From a virus (Duplodnaviria > Heunggongvirae > Uroviricota > Caudoviricetes), in IMG/VR virus record IMGVR_UViG_2737471824_000005, positions 1 through 17,145 of that record: DNA of 17,145 nucleotides; one strand, given 5' to 3'. This document shows, in pieces, positions 1 through 7,665 of the stretch. The translations under genes were made by a program, and so were the position numbers. The notes under the pieces are model-generated. The model made no database searches. It saw only the letters and a list, made by a program, of their open reading frames with translations, and was not told the origin of the DNA. Every line of letters starts with the position of its first letter. The stretch's first letter is position 1.

Positions 1-573
1 ATGTTTTGCGAAGAAAAAGTAGCTCAAATGGCTGCATACCTACTTCTTAAGCGAGGTGGGCGCATGGCATATCTGAAATTGATGAAGCTGCTCTATCTGT
101 CTAACCGCAAGTCGATTTTGAAGCATGGCAGGATGATCGGCGAAGATAGCCTTTACTCTATGAAATTTGGTCCAGTCATGTCGAATACGCTGAACTTGAT
201 TCGTGGTAAGGCTGAAGGTATTGGTGACTACTGGTACAACCTGATAGAGACGAACGGGCATGATGTGTTGTTGCGTTCAGATCCGAGGGAAATGGATGCA
301 GACGAGGTCTTTGATGAGTTGAGCCGTGCAGATATCCGGATTTTAGATGAAATCTATTCTCTGTATGGGCATATGAACCGATTTGATCTCGCAAACATGA
401 CGCATTTAGAAAGCGTTTGTCCAGAGTGGCACAATCCTGGCAATTCTCGTAAGCCTATAGACCTGAAAGAAATGCTGATCAGTGAGGGTAAAAGCGAGGA
501 TGAGGCTAATCGTATAATTGGCAAAATGGAAGAATCTCAGAAACTTAAGGAATTTTCTTTGCAATTATCATGA
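1..573 (+). CDS. Panacea/DUF4065-like protein (SocA/PanA-type putative antitoxin); may be N-terminally cut by window edge
   Basis: ORF starts at base 1; N-terminal signature 'AAYLLLKRGGRMAYLKLMKLLYLSNRKS' resembles the conserved helix pattern of DUF4065/Panacea proteins; stop overlaps next start (ATGA at 570-573). Confidence 0.5.
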   Translation: MFCEEKVAQMAAYLLLKRGGRMAYLKLMKLLYLSNRKSILKHGRMIGEDSLYSMKFGPVMSNTLNLIRGKAEGIGDYWYNLIETNGHDVLLRSDPREMDADEVFDELSRADIRILDEIYSLYGHMNRFDLANMTHLESVCPEWHNPGNSRKPIDLKEMLISEGKSEDEANRIIGKMEESQKLKEFSLQLS

Positions 574-989
574 CGGATTATCAGCCATACAGGAAAGGAA
601 CTGTGCTTGCCCCAACTGGGCCATGCAATCATCTTCATGTGATTTGTAATGATCCTGTTTATTACCCCGTTAACGATTGTTATTGTGTTTTAGTTGTTAA
701 TATTTCTAGTATCAAGGATGGTGTCCCCCACGATCCGTCTTGCGTCTTGAATTCTGGTGATCATCGCTTTATCAAGCATCCAAGTTATGTTGTTTACGCT
801 GAAGCTATAATTTGGCGAGTGGATAACATGGTTAGAAAGCAGCGATCGGGTGAGATTTCCGTTCATGATGATATGCCAGAAGCTACATTCAATAGAATTC
901 TGGACGGTTTTGATATATCTGATGAAGTTACGCCAAAGAACCTTAAATTTAAAAATAAATATTGCGTATCATCTATTGATGATGAGTAA
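570..989 (+). CDS. hypothetical 139-aa protein, translationally coupled partner of the Panacea-like gene (candidate toxin)
   Basis: ATG at 570 overlaps upstream stop (ATGA); no domain recognised by eye. Confidence 0.4.
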   Translation: MTDYQPYRKGTVLAPTGPCNHLHVICNDPVYYPVNDCYCVLVVNISSIKDGVPHDPSCVLNSGDHRFIKHPSYVVYAEAIIWRVDNMVRKQRSGEISVHDDMPEATFNRILDGFDISDEVTPKNLKFKNKYCVSSIDDE

Positions 990-1028
990 ACAACAGGAAT
1001 TGTTTCGGTATAGCTTCTGGAGTTTTCT

Positions 1029-1202
1029 ATGGAAGATCAAAAAGCAACCAAGCCACAGGTTAAGTTCGACACAATGAAAGCATTCGCAGGTATGGGTGCT
1101 GCTGTTGAAGTTCTGATGAAGGCTGCTCCTAATGCGTTCACTCACGCTACTGTCTCTGGTAAAGAGCAGCAGGGTAAGCTTCGTCGTCGCAAAGCAGCAT
1201 GA
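1029..1202 (+). CDS. small hypothetical protein (57 aa) 'MEDQKATKPQVKFDTMKAFAGMGAAVEVLMKAAPNAFTHATVSGKEQQGKLRRRKAA'
   Basis: Below the ORF-track length cutoff; GGAG 6 nt upstream of ATG 1029; codon choice biased to GCT/GTT/CGT/GGT; followed by a strong hairpin plus T-run. Confidence 0.35.
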   Translation: MEDQKATKPQVKFDTMKAFAGMGAAVEVLMKAAPNAFTHATVSGKEQQGKLRRRKAA

Positions 1203-1221
1203 TCATAGCTGGTGCTTTTTG

Positions 1222-1250
1222 AAAACCCGCCTTTAGGCGGGTTTTTTCTT
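1222..1250. terminator. putative bidirectional rho-independent terminator between convergent genes
   Basis: AAAACCCGCC-ttta-GGCGGGTTTT hairpin (1223-1246) followed by T-run on + strand; lies directly after the PrtN-like stop on the - strand. Confidence 0.6.
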
Positions 1251-1531
1251 TAGTGATGTTCTTTGCCCTTCTGTTTGCCTGTTCTGACCTGTTCCCACTC
1301 GATACGTCCTTCTTCTCGTCTTTTGTCTATGTATTCCGCAAGATCCTGAATATTGATGCAACGTTTTGCTTTTTGTGATGCACCGATGCGATATGTAGGT
1401 ACAGGCAACTTACAAGCGTTTGCTTTTGCTTCTGCTGTGGCTGGACTCATACCAAAGTATTTTTGACTAACTGCTGAGAGTTCAATGTTTGGGGTATTGA
1501 ATTCAGCCATCAGTAAAAACAAGGTATTCAT
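1250..1531 (-). CDS. PrtN-like (pyocin-activator family) small DNA-binding phage regulator
   Basis: 93 aa; segment 'YFGMSPATAEAKANACKLPVPTYRIGASQKAKRCINIQDLAEYID' matches the PrtN/excisionase-like HTH family pattern as I recall it; GGAG 8 nt upstream of ATG. Confidence 0.55.
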   Translation of the reverse strand: MNTLFLLMAEFNTPNIELSAVSQKYFGMSPATAEAKANACKLPVPTYRIGASQKAKRCINIQDLAEYIDKRREEGRIEWEQVRTGKQKGKEHH

Positions 1532-1567
1532 ATCATTTCTCCATCATAACCGGCTGCACCCGGTGAG

Positions 1568-2383
1568 TTACTTATTCATTTCAATAATATTATTTTCTAT
1601 CATTGATTTATTTAAAACCAAAGAAGGAGCAAGATGGTTGTCTATTTTAAACAATGCATAACTTTTAAACTGTTGGTGATATCCGTAACTAATAAGGATG
1701 CTAGAAAAATCTCTTAATTCATCTTCTTTTAAAAAATTAAAATGAAATGGGTTGTCACCATTTATGAACAATGAAACATCTATTATGCAGTATTTCTCTC
1801 CGTTGTCATTTGCATAGAAAAAAATATAAGACATTCTGTTTGTTAAGACAATGCCATTAAATTTTCTTATGTCTGTAGCTATTTTGTTTTCCATGTTTGG
1901 TGCTACATATTTATTTTCAGAAATACATTTAATTTCATCTCCAGATGTCGTGATTATATAAAAATGAAACTTATCAGAAATATCTAACTTAACTACGCCA
2001 TCATTATTGTAAAGGCTGCTAAATTTTGGTGGTTCAACTTTTAAAGAATCATAGTTCTTTAAAAGAAGAGGGGAGTCAAATTTAATAACTTGTAGTATCC
2101 CTTTACCTTCAACCTCCATATTGATTGAAGATATAGCAATTGCATTATCTCTTTTATTATTCAGGATTATGGTTGATATATGCATGTCATATATTCTACT
2201 TGCATTTGCTGAATACGACACTGTCACCTTTTTTGATATTTTTTGCACGCCAAAATATATAGTGAAGGCAGCGGCAAGAATAGATAAGAATTTAATGTCA
2301 AATAAGGACCATAGCCACATTAGTTGCTCAATTGCTTCAGAGTTAATCATTTGCTTTACCATTATCGCTGTAATACAACACAT
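1568..2383 (-). CDS. AT-rich hypothetical protein with N-terminal transmembrane anchor (candidate moron)
   Basis: ORF open to 2401 but that codon is TTG; first ATG at 2383 (others at 2362, 2350); hydrophobic segment 'LMWLWSLFDIKFLSILAAAFTIYFGV'; visibly lower GC than flanking genes; no recognisable domain. Confidence 0.5.
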   Translation of the reverse strand: MCCITAIMVKQMINSEAIEQLMWLWSLFDIKFLSILAAAFTIYFGVQKISKKVTVSYSANASRIYDMHISTIILNNKRDNAIAISSINMEVEGKGILQVIKFDSPLLLKNYDSLKVEPPKFSSLYNNDGVVKLDISDKFHFYIITTSGDEIKCISENKYVAPNMENKIATDIRKFNGIVLTNRMSYIFFYANDNGEKYCIIDVSLFINGDNPFHFNFLKEDELRDFSSILISYGYHQQFKSYALFKIDNHLAPSLVLNKSMIENNIIEMNK

Positions 2384-2504
2384 GTGTGTATATATACGCA
2401 ATGCAATTATTTTGCAAGTGCTTCATTTACTATCAATAGCTACGTCACGTTATTGTTTAATGGTTCTTTATAGGGGCGGCAATAGTTAAAATTATCGCTT
2501 CCGT

Positions 2505-2526
2505 AAATGCCCCCGCAGGGGCATTT
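2505..2526 (-). terminator. hairpin downstream of the DUF2303-like gene (possible terminator or RNA stability element)
   Basis: AAATGCCCC-cgca-GGGGCATTT 9-bp stem; no clean U-run on either strand. Confidence 0.3.
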
Positions 2527-2538
2527 GCAGTAATGAAA

Positions 2539-3363
2539 TCAGGCGGTGAAAGTACCAATAAAGGTTTCTACTTTGCTGTCTTTGAATTTCTCAACAAGCA
2601 GATCACGAAATTCGTTAGCCATTTCTTCCTGTACCGCTTCCAGCTGAATAATGCGCAGAACCAGTACAGGACGATCGCCAGTGATAATGCTGAGGCGTAA
2701 TTTAAACGGACGTTCTTTCAGACCTTCAAACGGAACGCATTTAAATTCAAATGCCACTGGCATAATGTCTTTGGTCTTCGCTTCGACAGACTCCATCAGG
2801 GAGCGTTTGCCGCTGAAGTCATTATCTTCAAAATCAGCGGTCTGGTTCGCTTCAATTGTGATTTTACGGATCGCCGCAGCCGCTTTGGTTGCCTGAATGG
2901 CGTCACCATTAGCATCAAAGCCCACAAGGTAGTCGGCCCAGTCTTCAATCCATTCTGCCAGTGACTTCTGGGAGTTACGCTCGCCATTAACAGACAACAG
3001 AGCAGAGAACGGAGCTGTCTTTTTCAGTTTGAGAGTGGCGGTGTTATCTGCGTGACCTGGTTCATCAATAGTACCCAGGTTAAGAACACTGACGGCACGC
3101 ATATTATCAGCATCGATAAAGCAGCGGGTGCCTTCATCTGCAAGATCTTTAGAATAACGAGTAAAGTCATCGATGCTGGCAGTGGAAAGCGCACCACGGA
3201 AACGGAAACGATTTAAATTTAATTTTTCCAGATCATGAATGCGGAAATTCTCAGGCAATGCCACAGCATCGGCACCAATCTTACTGATAATTTCATTAAC
3301 ACCCTGAGCAGAAATAAGGGCATGGATTTGATTAATTGCGGTTGCGTCTAAGTTCTGAGACAT
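2539..3363 (-). CDS. YfdQ-like prophage protein (DUF2303 family), 274 aa
   Basis: ATG at 3363 with GAGGA upstream; length and position downstream of a 120-aa gene match the yfdP-yfdQ pair of enterobacterial prophages; assignment from memory of family length and context, not an alignment. Confidence 0.55.
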   Translation of the reverse strand: MSQNLDATAINQIHALISAQGVNEIISKIGADAVALPENFRIHDLEKLNLNRFRFRGALSTASIDDFTRYSKDLADEGTRCFIDADNMRAVSVLNLGTIDEPGHADNTATLKLKKTAPFSALLSVNGERNSQKSLAEWIEDWADYLVGFDANGDAIQATKAAAAIRKITIEANQTADFEDNDFSGKRSLMESVEAKTKDIMPVAFEFKCVPFEGLKERPFKLRLSIITGDRPVLVLRIIQLEAVQEEMANEFRDLLVEKFKDSKVETFIGTFTA

Positions 3364-3428
3364 AATAAGTCCTCACTATATAAAGATATTCAGTGATGAG
3401 ATAAATAATCGGTTAATTAAGAACGATA

Positions 3429-3791
3429 TTAATGACCTGCTGCGCGGAGTTTTCCGTCAGGTTCACCGGCAAGAGTCAGTAATTGTCCCTGGTCTTCCTG
3501 CAGAATAGTCAGGCGACCACCGCGATTGACATACATCGGCGTTTCGGTGGTGTCTTCTTCGGAAATTTTCCCGCGGTTAGTCGGGCGAACATATGAGAGT
3601 TTGTGTTTGATTTTCACACGGTTCTCATCAAATGGTTCGATTTCCAGGTTGAGTGAGACCTTACCTTTGGTTTTCGTATTCATCACACCGGAAGCGACTT
3701 CACTGAGAACTGCGCCGATTTTGGTTTCAAATACGCCGCCGTCCAGCTCCCCAATAAATGCCTGCACATCAGTACTGCGTTCGCTAGCCAT
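3429..3791 (-). CDS. YfdP-like prophage protein, 120 aa
   Basis: Track ORF extends to 3977, but ATG at 3791 is preceded by AGGAG 8 nt upstream; product 'MASERSTDVQAFIGELDGG...' is 120 aa. Confidence 0.5.
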   Translation of the reverse strand: MASERSTDVQAFIGELDGGVFETKIGAVLSEVASGVMNTKTKGKVSLNLEIEPFDENRVKIKHKLSYVRPTNRGKISEEDTTETPMYVNRGGRLTILQEDQGQLLTLAGEPDGKLRAAGH

Positions 3792-4406
3792 TTTGCTGCT
3801 CCTAATCATATCGACCCTGCAAGGTCGGTTGGTTTCTCCACAAAACAGAGAAGAACACCTGCGGTGGCAGCCGCCCGGATGGATTTGGTTATGAGCCCGT
3901 CGTCCGGTGATGCTCTTCTCTGTTTTGTAAAAAGAGCGGTACCAGCCGGAAGCAAGTGTACAAACTGGTACCGCCAAAGCAGTGGCTGTTGTGGTGACCG
4001 GTGCTGATCTCCGGCTTGCGGTTATTTCAGACTCTCACGGGCGTTTAATTGCCCCGCCGAACAGCTCTTTTCCGCATTAGCTGCAATGTCTTTCGCGCAT
4101 CAGCCTGCGCATTCACCACAACGCTGAGAGCACTTAGCCAGTTACGGCACCACACTTTGTCGCGGTTCCATAAATGTCCTCATCGTTGCACCCTGGTCTC
4201 TTCCCAGGCGTCAAACCGAATCGCCACGCTGGTTAGGCGTCTTATCAGCATCATCATTGACTTGCACATTCCGGCTACCTGGTTTGTTTGCCCGAGCAAG
4301 GAGTGGATTGTCCCCTTTAACGTCCCCAGACCGCTAACGACGCATGTGCCATACGCCGTGTTACAACCAAATTTTGTTTAATCTTGCCTGTGCTGTGTTT
4401 CTTTTA

Positions 4407-4439
4407 GATACATTATGTATCCCAAAGGTACATTGTCAA
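4407..4439 (-). promoter_or_regulatory. putative leftward sigma70 promoter (pL-like) overlapped by a perfect 15-bp palindrome operator
   Basis: On - strand: TTGACA (4434-4439), 16-nt spacer, CATAAT (4412-4417); palindrome GATACATtATGTATC at 4407-4421. Confidence 0.45.
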
Positions 4440-4442
4440 GTA

Positions 4443-4466
4443 TAAAAAAACCTGCCGAAGCAGGTT
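4443..4466 (-). terminator. rho-independent terminator after the repressor gene
   Basis: AACCTGC-cgaa-GCAGGTT hairpin followed on the - strand by a run of 7 U; sits 12 nt past the cI stop. Confidence 0.6.
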
Positions 4467-4477
4467 ATAAATATTGA

Positions 4478-5152
4478 TTAGGCCTTTATTATGTATCTTC
4501 TTGGTTTTCCTGAGAAAATCACTGTACCAATTATAGAGCAATTACCGTTAATCTTAATGTAAGGCTCAGGCCAGTTTGGGTTTAATGCTTTGAGATAACG
4601 CTGTGTTCCATCTTCTATCAACCGCTTGAAGGTGGTTTCGCCTGTATCGTGCATCAATGCAATAACGTCGTCACCGTGGCAGGCAGGGACTTCAGGATCA
4701 ACAAAAATCATGTCTCCCGGGCGGTACTCATCAATCATTGAATCACCAATCACCCGCAAGATATAAGTCATTTCGCCACAGGGTACAGGGCAGGGATAAG
4801 TTTCTGCTGTGCTCAAATCAACCTCAGAATAGCCAACTTCTTTCCATGCTCCGGCCTGTACCCATGATATGACAGGGACTAACGTTATTTGTTTGTTAGT
4901 GATTGAAACGTCAGGTTTTTTTGTGATGTTCGTTGTCTGGTGTTCTTGATCAAGCCATCCGACAGGCAGGTCGAAACATTTTTCGATGTGCCGTGCCATG
5001 CTGTCACCGATATTTTTAGTTGCACCATCTCCCATAAACCTGCTGGTCTGGGTTGGCTCGCGATCAATCATGGTGGCAAAGGAAGAATTCCCGCCAACAC
5101 CATCTCTCAGTTTTCTGGCGTTAGACCGCCGGATGTCATGGACTGTTTTCAT
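4478..5152 (-). CDS. cI: CI-type prophage repressor (N-terminal HTH, C-terminal S24 LexA-like autopeptidase)
   Basis: 224 aa; S24 motifs 'VIGDSM' (Ser) and 'FKRL' (Lys); divergent to a Cro-like gene; start 18 nt from an operator palindrome. Confidence 0.8.
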   Translation of the reverse strand: MKTVHDIRRSNARKLRDGVGGNSSFATMIDREPTQTSRFMGDGATKNIGDSMARHIEKCFDLPVGWLDQEHQTTNITKKPDVSITNKQITLVPVISWVQAGAWKEVGYSEVDLSTAETYPCPVPCGEMTYILRVIGDSMIDEYRPGDMIFVDPEVPACHGDDVIALMHDTGETTFKRLIEDGTQRYLKALNPNWPEPYIKINGNCSIIGTVIFSGKPRRYIIKA

Positions 5153-5169
5153 AAAGAAATTAAAACCTT

Positions 5170-5186
5170 TGTACCGATAAGGTACA
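5170..5186. promoter_or_regulatory. 17-bp operator palindrome in the divergent cI/cro control region
   Basis: TGTACC-gataa-GGTACA, perfect 6-5-6 inverted repeat; a second imperfect copy is centred near 5229 overlapping the cro Shine-Dalgarno. Confidence 0.55.
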
Positions 5187-5242
5187 AGTATCTTGAAGGT
5201 TCATCTCAATCATGTAATATGTATACCGGAGGTACATATTGT

Positions 5243-5443
5243 ATGAAAGCGTATTGGGACTCTTTAACCAAAGAACAGCAGGGTGAGTTGGCCGGAAAAG
5301 TTGGCTCAACACCAGGCTACTTACGGCTGGTTTTCAATGGTTATAAAAAAGCCAGTTTTGTGCTGGCTAAAAAACTTGAGCAATGCACGTCAGGTGCAAT
5401 TACGAAATCTGACTTAAGACCGGATATCTATCCGAAAGATTAA
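5243..5443 (+). CDS. cro: Cro-like small HTH regulator (66 aa)
   Basis: Real start is the internal ATG 5243 with GGAGG 10 nt upstream; product 'MKAYWDSLTKEQQGELAGKVGSTPGYLRLVFNGYKKASF...'; divergent to cI. Confidence 0.6.
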   Translation: MKAYWDSLTKEQQGELAGKVGSTPGYLRLVFNGYKKASFVLAKKLEQCTSGAITKSDLRPDIYPKD

Positions 5444-5474
5444 CAGAACACCTTCAATTTTTAACCACAGAACG

Positions 5475-6038
5475 ATGAGGCTAACCGTGGGTAAGCATCA
5501 CTGGAAAGTAGAAAAACAGCCTGAGTGGTACGTGAAAGCTGTCAGAAAAACTATCGCGGCGTTGCCGGGGGGTTACGCTGAAGCTGCTGAGTGGCTGGAT
5601 GTAACAGAGAACGCTTTATTCAACCGCCTTCGTGCAGATGGCGATCAGATTTTCCCGCTGGGATGGGCAATGATTTTACAGCGCGCGGCTGGCACTCACT
5701 ACATTGCGGATGCTGTCGCACAGTCTGCTGGTGGGGTGTTTGTATCGCTTCCTGAAATTGAGGAAGTAGAGAACGCCGATATAAACCAGCGCCTGCTGGA
5801 AGTCATCGAACAGATCGGGAGTTACTCAAAGCAGATTCGTTCGGCAATCGAAGATGGGGTAGTGGAGCCACACGAGCAGACAGCAATTAATGATGAGTTG
5901 TATCTGTCAATTTCGAAGCTCCAGGAGCATGCAGCACTGGTCTACAAAATCTTTTGCGCTCCAGAAAAGAGTGACGCCCGCGAGTGTGCAGCTCCGGGCG
6001 TCGTGGCGTTTTGTGTCTGTGGAGAAACTAACGCATGA
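5475..6038 (+). CDS. CII-like / phage regulatory protein (family uncertain)
   Basis: Positioned immediately after cro; alternative GTG start at 5487 has GAGG upstream; stop overlaps next start (ATGA). Confidence 0.4.
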   Translation: MRLTVGKHHWKVEKQPEWYVKAVRKTIAALPGGYAEAAEWLDVTENALFNRLRADGDQIFPLGWAMILQRAAGTHYIADAVAQSAGGVFVSLPEIEEVENADINQRLLEVIEQIGSYSKQIRSAIEDGVVEPHEQTAINDELYLSISKLQEHAALVYKIFCAPEKSDARECAAPGVVAFCVCGETNA

Positions 6039-6871
6039 ACAGTTTAACGGCAAATAACCGTTTGTCGCAACAGCTGGTGGTCAGCGTCGCTGAACACCTG
6101 TTGTTACGGCATGAATGCAGATTACCAAATCACCTGGCTGTAAGTAACCACAGAGAACTTTACCTGACTGTGGGGGGCGAGTTGTGCAGGAACTTAACCG
6201 CTGGTTTCGTGACGGAAGAGGACTTTATGTTCATGTTATTCGTTAGGAGCCAGAAACACAGCGCGTTATCTATCTTCGCAAAGACTACCCGCATGAGTGC
6301 TTTAGTCCTTTGTGGAAATTCAGGCGTGATTTTGTTGAGTGTGAAGGACCACCAGCACATTGATTCTGCCATTCCGGGACGTTACACTGTTCAGGCACCT
6401 TATAAAGCGGGTGCCGGGATTGGCGTCCTGGAATTGATCAAGGCGATATATGACGCGCCAGCGTCTTTTTTATCGTCCGCATTTGCTCACATCAAAGTTA
6501 TGGTGGGCTGGGCGGGGGCATCGAAAGATGCGCCGGTTTCCTTGATCACCGGTTACGCCAACCCCGTTCAGTTCACCACCAGCGAAATTGGCGTTTCCGG
6601 TGGTGGAAGTATTTCACCGATCAAGGAGGCTGCCATCATGGCTACTGTCCCAGCCCTCACTCGTCTGAATGATGAAGACTTACATAAACTCAGTTATGTA
6701 ACAACTGCACTACGTGCTCTGCGCAAGGTAACTCTTTCGGATCCGCAGGCACATCAGGTTCTGGTAGAAACCCTTCTTAACTTGCAAGCTGAACGTATTC
6801 GTCTGGCGGATAAGGCTAATTTTCATATTCACCGTCTCCTGAATATCAGCGGAGGGCATCGTCATGCTTAA
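6035..6871 (+). CDS. hypothetical 278-aa protein; C-terminal part may derive from a tape-measure gene
   Basis: GGAG 9 nt upstream of ATG; coupled to flanking ORFs; segment 'LLNLQAERIRLADKAN' resembles my recollection of an internal lambda H segment (unverified). Confidence 0.4.
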   Translation: MNSLTANNRLSQQLVVSVAEHLLLRHECRLPNHLAVSNHRELYLTVGGELCRNLTAGFVTEEDFMFMLFVRSQKHSALSIFAKTTRMSALVLCGNSGVILLSVKDHQHIDSAIPGRYTVQAPYKAGAGIGVLELIKAIYDAPASFLSSAFAHIKVMVGWAGASKDAPVSLITGYANPVQFTTSEIGVSGGGSISPIKEAAIMATVPALTRLNDEDLHKLSYVTTALRALRKVTLSDPQAHQVLVETLLNLQAERIRLADKANFHIHRLLNISGGHRHA

Positions 6872-7100
6872 TCCGTTGATCCTCAATATTTGCCGTTTGC
6901 TTCAGCGTAAAAAAATATCAATTCCTACAGTTGGGCAGTGGTACACCACGCCTGCAGGGCATGTTCTACGTGTTAGCCTGGTTGACCGTGAATGCCAGAA
7001 GGTGATTTGTGAACCGCTGGGCCGTAATTACCGCGTCAGTATGCCGCTTATAGCCTTTCGCTCCGGAAAAAACATGAAGCATCTCGGAGGTGCAGCATGA
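6864..7100 (+). CDS. hypothetical 78-aa protein (possible tape-measure-derived fragment)
   Basis: GGAGGG 6 nt upstream of ATG; overlaps neighbours by 8 and 4 nt. Confidence 0.3.
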   Translation: MLNPLILNICRLLQRKKISIPTVGQWYTTPAGHVLRVSLVDRECQKVICEPLGRNYRVSMPLIAFRSGKNMKHLGGAA

Positions 7101-7327
7101 GTATGGAGCTGATGGTTAAAGCGATGAAAATTCGAGTGGGTATTGGTGGTTCAGGTATGGCGATGTTTGCCCCGCAGTACAACATCGAGATCAATAACGA
7201 TGGCACGAACGGGCAGATAGGTCCGGCTGCCCTGAAGGTGGTTTATGACCTTGGGAAAAAAGCGGCAGCGGACTTTATGCAACAGCAGGCCCGTGATGGT
7301 GGTCGGTTAAGTGGAGCATATCGGTAA
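7028..7327 (+). pseudogene. H: 3' remnant of tail tape measure gene H
   Basis: Frame opens after a stop at 7025-7027; 'INNDGTNGQIGPAALKVVYD...DGGRLSGAYR' matches the lambda H C-terminus as I recall it; an internal ATG at 7097 has a GGAGG SD; stop overlaps the M start (TAATG). Confidence 0.6.
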
Positions 7328-7656
7328 TGGAGACGTTTCACTGGAAAGTGCGCCCGGATATGAATGTGGTATCAGAGCCGAAAGTGGTGACAGTGAAGCT
7401 GGGCGATGGTTATGAACAGCGTCGTGCGGCGGGACTGAATAACCAGTTGTCGATTTACAGCGTGACGATACGTGTTCGTAAATGTGAACACCCATCTTTA
7501 AAAGCCTTTCTGGAACGGCACGGTGGCGTCCGCGCATTTCAGTGGACGCCACCTTATGACTGGAAGCCGATCAGGGTGGTTTGTCGTAAATGGTCGGCAA
7601 GCGTGGGGGCGCTGTGGGTAACCATAACGGCAGATTTTGAACAGGTCGTGGCATAG
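7327..7656 (+). CDS. M: minor tail protein M
   Basis: 109 aa, same length and clear similarity to lambda gpM (e.g. 'GDGYEQR', 'HGGVRAFQWTPPYDWKPIRVVCRKWSA'); conserved lambda gene order. Confidence 0.9.
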   Translation: METFHWKVRPDMNVVSEPKVVTVKLGDGYEQRRAAGLNNQLSIYSVTIRVRKCEHPSLKAFLERHGGVRAFQWTPPYDWKPIRVVCRKWSASVGALWVTITADFEQVVA

Positions 7657-7665
7657 GAGGCTCTG

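Noticed and set aside
2121-2489. 122-aa plus-strand ORF
   Set aside because: It is antisense to the AT-rich membrane-anchored gene and has no SD; AT-rich DNA gives long spurious frames.
3792-3977. N-terminal extension of the minus-strand ORF 3429..3977
   Set aside because: A strong SD (AGGAG) precedes the internal ATG at 3791; the extension has Cys/His/Arg-rich composition and covers the structured leader.
4049-4381. 110-aa plus-strand ORF in the region left of cI
   Set aside because: No ribosome-binding site; odd composition (Arg/Cys/His/Thr-rich); it lies in what is more likely the structured leader of the leftward early transcript.
4940-5242. Upstream two-thirds of the 167-aa plus-strand ORF 4940..5443
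   Set aside because: It overlaps cI antisense. Only the last 66 codons (from ATG 5243, with a GGAGG SD) form the Cro-like gene.
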